A stretch of DNA of 64,000 nt from an uncultured Actinomycetes bacterium (GTDB lineage Bacteria > Actinomycetota > Acidimicrobiia > IMCC26256 > PALSA-555): assembly GCA_937927875.1 (NCBI GenBank), contig CALEYV010000037.1, positions 21,221 to 85,220 of the forward strand, given 5' to 3'. Both the position numbers and the translations under genes were made by a program. Shown one piece after another: positions 1 through 7,431 of this stretch (its first letter is position 1; every line of letters begins with the position of its first letter). Under the pieces are notes generated by a model. That model had not been told where the DNA came from, did not search any database, and worked only from the letters and a program-made list of their open reading frames with translations.

Positions 1-486
1 AAGTCGACGACCTCGCTCGCCTGCTTGGCGGCCGGACTCGACTTCTTCGGCGACGACTACTGCCTCGTCGCGGTCCAACCAAAGCCGCGTGTGCATGGGG
101 TCTACGCCACCGCCAAGCTTCAGCCCGCGGCGCTGGCGATGCTGCCGAGCAACATCGGGACCGTGCGGAACGCGTCGCGCCTCCGGCGCGAGAAGGCCAT
201 CCTCGATCTACCCGCCCCGGCCTCGCGCCGATTGGCCGACGGCGCGGCGATCACCGCCATCGTGGCTCCGTGCGTGACCGGGCGCGTCGCCTTGGAACGC
301 ATCAGCGCTGGCGCGTCCCTTCGCGCCATGGCACCGAGCACGATTTTCGGGCTGTTCGGTGCCACGTCGGGGAGCCTGCGCCGACTCGCCTCTCTCGCCG
401 CGACGGTTCCCGGTTACCGCCTGGAGTTGGGGGCGGACGTCGACCGAGTGGTCGACGCGGTCACCTCGCTGGTACGCGCAGCATGA
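1..486 (+). CDS. HprK-related P-loop kinase, C-terminal fragment (5' end outside window)
   Basis: Frame 1 is open from nt 1. The translation (..KSTTSLACLAAGLDFFGDDYCLV..) is the tail of a GxxGxGKS/T P-loop followed by a GDD segment, as in HPr-kinase C-domain relatives. The stop TGA 484-486 overlaps the next start (ATGA). Family call is from memory. Confidence 0.5.
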   Translation, partial: KSTTSLACLAAGLDFFGDDYCLVAVQPKPRVHGVYATAKLQPAALAMLPSNIGTVRNASRLRREKAILDLPAPASRRLADGAAITAIVAPCVTGRVALERISAGASLRAMAPSTIFGLFGATSGSLRRLASLAATVPGYRLELGADVDRVVDAVTSLVRAA

Positions 487-1172
487 CCCCGACCGTCAGC
501 GTCGTGATTCCGGTCCGAGACGGAGCCAAGTACCTCGCCGAAGCGCTGGAGAGCGTCCTCACCCAGTCCTATCAAGCGGCGGAGGTGATCGCGGTTGACG
601 ATGGCTCGCAGGACCGGACGCCGGAGGTGCTCGCCGAGCACGGGCGCTGGGTACGCGTAATCCGCCAGGGCCCGCTCGGTCTGGGCACCGCCCTCAACCG
701 TGGCATCGCATCGTCGAAGGCGGAGCTCCTGGCGTTCTGTGACTCCGACGACGTGTGGACACCCCTGAAACTCGAACGCCAGGTCACGCATCTGCGCCGA
801 CATCCCGGTCATGCCGGCGTCGGCGGACTGATCCAGCAGTTCGTGACCCCGGACGTCCCTCAGTTGACGGGGAAGGTGCGCATCGATGTCCGCCCTGTAG
901 CCGCTGCGCTCCTGGGGACGCTGCTGTTGCGCCGAACGGCCGCCGACCGAGTCGGACCCTTTGAGGAGACAGCAGCAACGGCGACCACCGTGGACTGGGT
1001 TGGACGCCTTCGGCACCTCGGCTTGCAGATCGATGCGCTCGAGGAGGTGGTGCTGCTGCGACGCATCCACGGCGGCAACATGACGATGAAGAGCGCCGAC
1101 CAGACACGGGCGAGGTTGCTCTCGGCGCTCCGGGCTCAGCTTGGGCGAAACCGCGCCGCGCCGCGACCGTGA
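483..1172 (+). CDS. glycosyltransferase family 2
   Basis: ATG at 483. VSVVIPVRDGAKYLAEALESVLTQSY, VIAVDDGSQDRT and FCDSDDVW match the canonical GT-A family 2 N-terminal, DDGS and DxD motifs. Confidence 0.85.
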   Translation: MTPTVSVVIPVRDGAKYLAEALESVLTQSYQAAEVIAVDDGSQDRTPEVLAEHGRWVRVIRQGPLGLGTALNRGIASSKAELLAFCDSDDVWTPLKLERQVTHLRRHPGHAGVGGLIQQFVTPDVPQLTGKVRIDVRPVAAALLGTLLLRRTAADRVGPFEETAATATTVDWVGRLRHLGLQIDALEEVVLLRRIHGGNMTMKSADQTRARLLSALRAQLGRNRAAPRP

Positions 1173-3439
1173 GGCGTCCGGCGCGTTTCCAAGACCTGTC
1201 GGAGCGCGACCGACTGCTGCTGCACGCTTCGGTAGGCCGTGGTCCGGGCGCTCTCGGGGCATGGCGCACCTGGGTCGGCGATGCCGACCTCGGCGATATC
1301 CCCTACCCGGAGGCGCGACTGCTCCCGCAGGTGTTCTCCAACCTCGCGGCCCAGGAGCTGGCGACCGACCTGCCGCCTCGGATGCGGGGGAAGTACCGGT
1401 GGGTCTGGTCGTCGAATCATCTGCGGGCGAAGACGGTCGCGCGGGCGCTACGCGAACTGGAACGGCACGGGATCGCGACGATCCTCCTGAAGGGCGCGGC
1501 GCTCGTCGCGGCCGAGCGGTGCTCGTGGGGAGCCCGCGAGATGGGCGACGTCGACATCCTCGTGCGAACGGCGCAGGCCGGCGCGGCAGCCGCCGTCCTC
1601 GAGAGGCTCGGCTGGCGGGGCATCGAAGGTGTCGACGCCGACTACATCGCGCGCAGACTCGTTCGCCGACGCCAAAGCTGGAACTTCGAGGGCCCACCAT
1701 CTGGCAGTCTCGATCTGCACTGGCGCGTCGTCGACCGAATGGGCACTGAGCACGCCGAGGACCTCGTCTGGCGGGCCGGTCGTACCGCTACCTTCGGCGA
1801 CGTCGAGACTCAGTGGCTCGACGACGCTGCCCACCTCGTCCAAACGATCGAGCACGCCGCGCACGGCGAGCCGGCGCACCGACTGGTCTGGGTCAGCGAC
1901 GCCGCGAGTCTGCTTTGCCGTGTCGACCCGGCGAGGCTCCGCCGGGTGACGTCTGCGCTCGGCCTCCGTGAGCTCGTGATCGAAGGCCTCGAGCTTGCGG
2001 GCTGGGCGCTGCGCTCTAGCGCGGCGACTGATCTAGCTCGACGGCTGCGCGGGCAGCCGAGGTCCGTGCGTGAGCGACTTCTCACGCTGGCCGTCGACGA
2101 CGCGAGTCCCCAGCGCGCTCCTGCTGTCATGCACCTCATACGGGAAGGCATGGCACGGCAGGTGAGTCCGCAGCATCCCGTCAGCTCAGCACGCGCGCTT
2201 GTAGCGCGTGGCGTCGAGCCGAGTTGCACGCGTCACAGGCTCGTCAGCACCGCGCTCGGGATGGCTGGCCGTCCCCGATTGTTCGAAGCCGCGCTCATCC
2301 GCCTCGGCGGCCCGATCGCACGCCCCCCGAAGTCGCGCAAGCTGCCGCCCGGCGTGTGGATCGATGTCGGCACCGGCGCCATGCTCGACATCGTCGGTGG
2401 TCCGGGTTGGGCATGGCCTCAGCCTGGCGGTTCCGGCGTCTGGGCCGAGGGCGCGGAGGCAAGGCTTGTGCTTGACCTCGACCTTCCAGACGGCGAGGAG
2501 GTAGCGCTCCAGTTTCTTCTGGGGCCGTTCGTTTACTTCTGTCCGAATCCGTCGGTGATCGTGTCGGTGAACGCTCGACCGTTGGCTGAGTGGGACCTCC
2601 GCGCTGGAGACCCTGGGCCAAAGACGGTCGAGGTTCCGGGCCGGCTTGTGGACTGGTGTCGACCGATCGAGATCACCTTCCGTCCTCGAGCACCGCGCGA
2701 ATCCGAGCAACGGCCCCTGATCTTCGAGCCCGCTTATCGCCGTACCTTCCTTCAGCTCCGGGCCCTGCGCGCCCGCCCGGCGTCGGACGACGGTGAGTAT
2801 CGACGCGACGTCGTCGCCGCCTGGGACGACGTGGCGCGTGGCCAGCGCGCGCAGGAGGCAATCAACCCGCTCGGCACAGACCCGGAGGCGTACCTGCGGT
2901 CCGGCGCGAAGGCGACGGTCGAGCTTGCCGCCCTCATCGGCGATGATCCCGGCCTGAGCATCGTTGACTTCGGCGCTGGCGATGGCCGCGTGACCCTGCC
3001 GCTGTCGCTGCGGTATCGCAGGGTCATCGCCATCGACTCATCGCCTGCGATGTTGGAGCGCTTGCGATGCCACTGCCCTGGCGTTGAGACCGTCCTCGCC
3101 GACGGCATCGACGACGTCGGGCTGCCGACCGACGTCGATGTGGTGGTGGCACTGGCGGTGCTCATCCACCACCGCCACGCGGATGCGGCCCGGATGATCC
3201 GTGGGCTGACGTCGATGTTGCGCTCCGGCGGCAAGCTGATCCTCGACCTCGCTCTCTACGAGATCGGGCGGGAACCCAGGCACTGGAGCGACATCTCGGT
3301 GTGGACGCGGGCCGAGCTCGAGATGCTCGCTGCCGACCTCGGCCTCGAGATCCTCACCGCGCCCGTTTCACCCGGGGAATTCGACGGCACCACGCTCGGT
3401 CCGAACCACGGAAAAGTTCTGGTGCTCCGAAAGCGCTGA
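1169..3439 (+). CDS. fusion protein: uncharacterised nucleotidyltransferase (NTP_transf_5-like) + unassigned middle region + class I SAM methyltransferase
   Basis: GTG 1169 overlaps the previous stop (GTGA). The N-terminal part has LLKGAALVAAE..REMGDVDILV..LDLHW. The C-terminal part has IVDFGAGDGRVTLPLS..VIAIDSSPAML..LAVLIHH (methyltransferase motifs). About 150 aa in between is unassigned. Confidence 0.75.
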   Translation: MRRPARFQDLSERDRLLLHASVGRGPGALGAWRTWVGDADLGDIPYPEARLLPQVFSNLAAQELATDLPPRMRGKYRWVWSSNHLRAKTVARALRELERHGIATILLKGAALVAAERCSWGAREMGDVDILVRTAQAGAAAAVLERLGWRGIEGVDADYIARRLVRRRQSWNFEGPPSGSLDLHWRVVDRMGTEHAEDLVWRAGRTATFGDVETQWLDDAAHLVQTIEHAAHGEPAHRLVWVSDAASLLCRVDPARLRRVTSALGLRELVIEGLELAGWALRSSAATDLARRLRGQPRSVRERLLTLAVDDASPQRAPAVMHLIREGMARQVSPQHPVSSARALVARGVEPSCTRHRLVSTALGMAGRPRLFEAALIRLGGPIARPPKSRKLPPGVWIDVGTGAMLDIVGGPGWAWPQPGGSGVWAEGAEARLVLDLDLPDGEEVALQFLLGPFVYFCPNPSVIVSVNARPLAEWDLRAGDPGPKTVEVPGRLVDWCRPIEITFRPRAPRESEQRPLIFEPAYRRTFLQLRALRARPASDDGEYRRDVVAAWDDVARGQRAQEAINPLGTDPEAYLRSGAKATVELAALIGDDPGLSIVDFGAGDGRVTLPLSLRYRRVIAIDSSPAMLERLRCHCPGVETVLADGIDDVGLPTDVDVVVALAVLIHHRHADAARMIRGLTSMLRSGGKLILDLALYEIGREPRHWSDISVWTRAELEMLAADLGLEILTAPVSPGEFDGTTLGPNHGKVLVLRKR

Positions 3440-3452
3440 TCGCAGGACCGCT

Positions 3453-4289
3453 GTGGTGACGAACGACGCCGAGAACCAGTTCGACGAACCGCCCGCGGTG
3501 CCGCGCCCGCTCGACGGCCGGATCGCCGTCGTGACGGGTGTCAGCCGTCGTCGTGGGATCGGCTTGGCCCTGACTCGGCGCCTGCTCGCCCTCGGCGCGC
3601 GGATCCTCGCCCAGTCTTGGAGTGAATACGACCGGGATCGGCCATACGGTCCAGATCCTGGCGGCGCGGACGCCGCGGTCGCCGAGCTCGGCGCCCGCGA
3701 GGACCAACTTCGCGATATCGCGCTCGATCTCGGCGATCCTGGGTCGCCAGCCCGGCTCGTGAACGAGGCTGTCACGACGTTCGGCGGCATCGACATCCTC
3801 GTTGTGAACCACACCCGCACGTCGCAGCAGTCCCTGCAGGCAATGACCGCGGCGGAGCTGGATCGGTCGTGGGCTGTGAACACTCGGGCCAGTCTTCTGC
3901 TCGTCCAGGCGTACGCGAACGCGCACGATGACGGTCGTCCCGGCCGAATCGTGCTGTTCACCTCGGGCCAGCACCTCGCGCCGATGGGCGGTGACCTTCC
4001 GTACGCCGTCACGAAGGGGGCAATCCACCAGATCACGCTCACGCTGTCCGACGTGCTCGCGGACCGGGGGATCACGGTCAACGCGATCAACCCGGGGCCG
4101 ACCGACACGGGCTGGGCTCCCCCCGAGCTGATCGATCGTCTCGCGCCCGCGTTCCCAGCTGGGCGCTGGGGAGCGCCCGACGATGCCGCGAGGCTCGTGG
4201 CCTGGCTGGTGAGCGACGAGGCGGCGTGGATCACCGGACAGGTCATCAACTCCGAGGGAGGCTTTCGTCGGTGGATGGGCGCGACCTGA
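3453..4289 (+). CDS. SDR family oxidoreductase
   Basis: GRIAVVTGVSRRRGIGLA is the glycine-rich NAD(P) motif, YAVTKGA is the YxxxK catalytic motif, and NAINPGPTDTG is also present. Confidence 0.85.
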   Translation: MVTNDAENQFDEPPAVPRPLDGRIAVVTGVSRRRGIGLALTRRLLALGARILAQSWSEYDRDRPYGPDPGGADAAVAELGAREDQLRDIALDLGDPGSPARLVNEAVTTFGGIDILVVNHTRTSQQSLQAMTAAELDRSWAVNTRASLLLVQAYANAHDDGRPGRIVLFTSGQHLAPMGGDLPYAVTKGAIHQITLTLSDVLADRGITVNAINPGPTDTGWAPPELIDRLAPAFPAGRWGAPDDAARLVAWLVSDEAAWITGQVINSEGGFRRWMGAT

Positions 4290-4317
4290 AGAGGGCGTTC
4301 AGACCTTCTGCCCACCT

Positions 4318-6348
4318 GTGAGCCGGCCTCAGAACATGTCGGGACGACGATCGGGCGTCCGGGCCAGGTTCCGCTGGGACGTCGAGGGGCTACGGGGCCT
4401 CGCCGTCTTGCTGGTCGTTCTGTTCCACGCCCGCGTCGCGGGCTTCCACGGCGGCTACATCGGAGTCGATGTCTTCTTCGTCATCTCGGGTTACCTGATC
4501 ACTCGACTCTTGGTCGCCGAGCTGCACTCGACAGGCCGCATCTCACTGAGAGCTTTCTACGCACGGCGAGCCCGTCGGATCCTGCCAATGGCCACTCTCG
4601 TCATCGCCGCGACCGTCGTCGTGTCCTCCCTGCTTGTTGCCCCGCTCGTCGTCCCGCAGATCGCCCACGACGGGCTCGCCTGCGCGCTCTTCTTCTCCAA
4701 TGTCCGGTTTGCCTCGCAGACGACGAACTACTTCGCACCGCACCTCGGGCCGTCTCCGCTTCTTCACTTCTGGTCACTCTCGTTGGAGGAGCAGTACTAC
4801 CTGGTGTGGCCAAGTCTCCTGTTGTTAGTCGCGGGACGTTCCGTGCGCCCCCGACGGCTCTTGATCGCGCTCGGGATGCTCTTCGCATCCTCGCTGACCG
4901 TCTCGATACTGCTCACCCGGTACTCGAAACCGTGGGCGTTCTATTCGATCCCATCCCGGGCATGGGAGTTCGCCGTCGGCGGCATGCTTGCGGTGGTTGG
5001 CACGGCTTGGTTGCCGTCGGTACTCCGAAGCGCGCTCGCGTTCGGCGGGTTAGGTCTCATCGGGGCAGCGGCGACGATGTACAGCGCCAACACCGCGTTT
5101 CCCGGCTGGGTCGCGCTCATGCCGGTTTGTGGTGCGGCGGCTGTCATCGCTGGGGGAACGGGGGCCGGGTCGCTCCTCACGGCGGGGCCCCTGCCGTGGC
5201 TTGGCCGGCGGTCGTATGGGCTCTACCTCGTCCACTTCCCGCTCCTGGTCTTGACGCCGGTCGCGGTCGGGCACCCTCTGAACCTCGGGGAACGATCCCT
5301 CGTATGCGTGGCGGCGGTCATGGTGAGCGCGGTCACGTACCGCTGGATCGAGAACCCAGCCCTCTCGAGCGACTGGCTAATTCGACGGCCGAGGCGCGGC
5401 CTTGCGGTGGGCGGAACGCTGGTCGTCGCGACGCTGCTGGTCATCGGAACCGTGCTGGTGTCGGCGCCGCCCCTGCAGGGACGCGGGGCAGCGGCCACGG
5501 CCGTCCGTCCGAGCTCCGTGCCGGAAGTCCAACGCGAGCTCGCGATCGGTCTGGCGACTCGGGCTGTCCCCCGTAACCTCGCTCCCCCATTGCCAGACGT
5601 GCCCAATGACATGCCGCGCTACATCACGGACGGCTGCAACGACGACTACCCGAACAGCAACCTCCCGGCGCCTCGCTGCGTCTATGGGGACCGTCGAGCG
5701 CGGTCCTACGTGGTGTTGCTCGGCGACTCCCATGCGGGTCAGTGGTTCCCGGCCCTCGACCTCATTGCGAGGCGCCATCACTGGGCGCTCATCCCATTGA
5801 CCAAGTTCTCCTGCCCAGCGCCAAGCGTCACCTTCTTTGTACCGATGCTTGGGCGCAACTATGACGAGTGTGACGCCTTTCGTCAGCGCGCAATAGCGAG
5901 GATTCGGCAGCTGAAGCCCGAGCTGGTCGTGCTGTCAAGCTCGAAGGGCTACGGCACCGTTGCTCGCCCCACCGAATGGCAGCGGGGGTATCAGGCCACG
6001 CTCACCGCCATCCGTCCCGCGGCGAAGGAGATAATTGTCCTCGGCGACGGCCCGTACTGGACCACCGACCCGCCGACATGTGTCTCGTCCAACCTCGGAG
6101 ACGTGCGGTCGTGCGTTCGACCGGTGTCGGAGGCCATCGACGGGCCCCATAGCCTCGCCGAGCAGAAGGCGGCGCGAGCGGCCGGCGCTCGGTTCGTCGA
6201 TCCGGTCCCTTGGCTATGTGTCCCGGCTGGTTGCCCGATGGTTGTCGAGAACCTTCTCGTATACCGCGACACAAACCACGTCACGACGGTCTTCTCCCGC
6301 TGGCTCGCCAACGTGTTGGAGCGGGCGATCCAGACCTCTCACGGTTAA
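4318..6348 (+). CDS. acyltransferase family 3 protein with C-terminal SGNH-like domain (OafA/YrhL-type O-acyltransferase)
   Basis: The N-terminal ~370 aa is polytopic and opens with RWDVEGLRGLAVLLVVLFHA..GVDVFFVISGYLIT. The C-terminal domain has VVLLGDSHAGQW and D.NH. An alternative ATG start lies at 4336. Confidence 0.85.
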   Translation: MSRPQNMSGRRSGVRARFRWDVEGLRGLAVLLVVLFHARVAGFHGGYIGVDVFFVISGYLITRLLVAELHSTGRISLRAFYARRARRILPMATLVIAATVVVSSLLVAPLVVPQIAHDGLACALFFSNVRFASQTTNYFAPHLGPSPLLHFWSLSLEEQYYLVWPSLLLLVAGRSVRPRRLLIALGMLFASSLTVSILLTRYSKPWAFYSIPSRAWEFAVGGMLAVVGTAWLPSVLRSALAFGGLGLIGAAATMYSANTAFPGWVALMPVCGAAAVIAGGTGAGSLLTAGPLPWLGRRSYGLYLVHFPLLVLTPVAVGHPLNLGERSLVCVAAVMVSAVTYRWIENPALSSDWLIRRPRRGLAVGGTLVVATLLVIGTVLVSAPPLQGRGAAATAVRPSSVPEVQRELAIGLATRAVPRNLAPPLPDVPNDMPRYITDGCNDDYPNSNLPAPRCVYGDRRARSYVVLLGDSHAGQWFPALDLIARRHHWALIPLTKFSCPAPSVTFFVPMLGRNYDECDAFRQRAIARIRQLKPELVVLSSSKGYGTVARPTEWQRGYQATLTAIRPAAKEIIVLGDGPYWTTDPPTCVSSNLGDVRSCVRPVSEAIDGPHSLAEQKAARAAGARFVDPVPWLCVPAGCPMVVENLLVYRDTNHVTTVFSRWLANVLERAIQTSHG

Positions 6349-6470
6349 GTCCGCTGCGGTAGGCGCCCGCGAGCCAGACTTGCTCGCCACGAGACCTCCG
6401 CTCCGCCCAGGGGACGCCGCGTCACACTTGGGGGTGGGACGCGCCGACCGCCGGCCAAGCGCGGCAACGG

Positions 6471-6541
6471 AGCGGGTGACGGGAATCGAACCCGCGTTCT
6501 CAGCTTGGGAAGCTGATGTTCTGCCGCTGAACTACACCCGC
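6471..6541 (-). tRNA. tRNA-Gly (anticodon CCC)
   Basis: The reverse complement is GCGGGTGTAGTTCAGCGGCAGAACATCAGCTTCCCAAGCTGAGAACGCGGGTTCGATTCCCGTCACCCGCT. The acceptor stem GCGGGTG/CACCCGC pairs over 7 bp, the anticodon loop is TTCCCAA, and the T-loop is TTCGATT. CCA is not encoded. Confidence 0.9.
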
Positions 6542-6633
6542 GCGGCGCAGGACGCTACCAAAGCAGCCTGGCGGTCCGATCGGTGGACACCGGACCGCTA
6601 CCGCCCGAGCTGCTGCGACCCGAAGCCGTCCCC

Positions 6634-7419
6634 TCATCGGGCGGCCCGGTTGCTCACGAACTGGGTCAAGGGGCTGCTGTCGATGTGGATGAACCCGCGG
6701 AACGGATAGTCGAGCGCGGCCGCGAGCGCGAGCGTGATCGACACGCCGACGACGAGCGCGCCGATGATCAGCAGATGGGACCGCCGGTGCCGCGTGTCCA
6801 TGAGGGTCGCGACGGCGAGGACGGTGCCGGCGAGGACGGCGAGGATGACGAAGAGGGAGGTTGGGATCGTGGCCTTCGTCGAGTTCACGAGGTTGCTGCG
6901 GGTCTGGGACACCTGGGCCAGCGCGCTCAGGATCTCCGCGTAGGCGGCCTTCCCCGACTCGGTGGACGGCTCGATGGTCGAGACGACGCGGTAGATGTTC
7001 TCGAGGGCGGCGTCGATCACCGGGCTCGGCTTCGAGCTGTGCGCCAGCCCGGGCAGTCCGATGCGCACATCGAGCCGCGCGTACGCGAGGACCGAGTGCC
7101 GGATGGCCTCGCCCTCGGTCTGGGGCAGGTTCCGGCTGTTCTCGAAGATGATGCTGAGTTGGGCCGCCTTCGACGACACCTCGTCCTGAGCGTTGCGCAG
7201 CTGGCTGTACTCGTCGACGATGACGAGCGCGACCAGGACCGCGTAGACGGTCGCGAGCGCCTGGAGCGTCGTCGAGGCGGTGGGGCCCGCCGTCTGGCGG
7301 ACCGACACCGGCACCAGCCGCCGCCGCATGATCCCGTCGACGGCGACGGTGAAGAGGAGCGCGCCCGCCGCGAACAGCGGGAACAGCGCCCACGGGGGGA
7401 GCGAGCCGATCCAGGTCAT
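6634..7419 (-). CDS. integral membrane protein (DUF4239-like, tentative)
   Basis: A 261-aa ORF with hydrophobic helices at both ends (WALFPLFAAGALLFTVAV.., ..SLFVILAVLAGTVLAVATL.., LLIIGALVVGVSITLALAAAL) and a soluble helical middle. Third codon positions are G/C-rich. Confidence 0.6.
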   Translation of the reverse strand: MTWIGSLPPWALFPLFAAGALLFTVAVDGIMRRRLVPVSVRQTAGPTASTTLQALATVYAVLVALVIVDEYSQLRNAQDEVSSKAAQLSIIFENSRNLPQTEGEAIRHSVLAYARLDVRIGLPGLAHSSKPSPVIDAALENIYRVVSTIEPSTESGKAAYAEILSALAQVSQTRSNLVNSTKATIPTSLFVILAVLAGTVLAVATLMDTRHRRSHLLIIGALVVGVSITLALAAALDYPFRGFIHIDSSPLTQFVSNRAAR

Positions 7420-7431
7420 CGGCCCGGCCGG

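Noticed and set aside
414-1700. Long antisense or out-of-frame ORFs rich in Arg, Pro, Ala and Gly. Examples are 414-1700 (-), 10356-11936 (-), 16860-17873 (+), 24428-26809 (-), 36246-38552 (-), 56799-58925 (-), 57997-59127 (-) and 58520-59845 (-).
   Set aside because: These are typical shadow ORFs of a ~70% GC genome. They have low-complexity R/P/G/A composition and no recognisable motifs, and each overlaps a gene with strong motif support in another frame or on the other strand.
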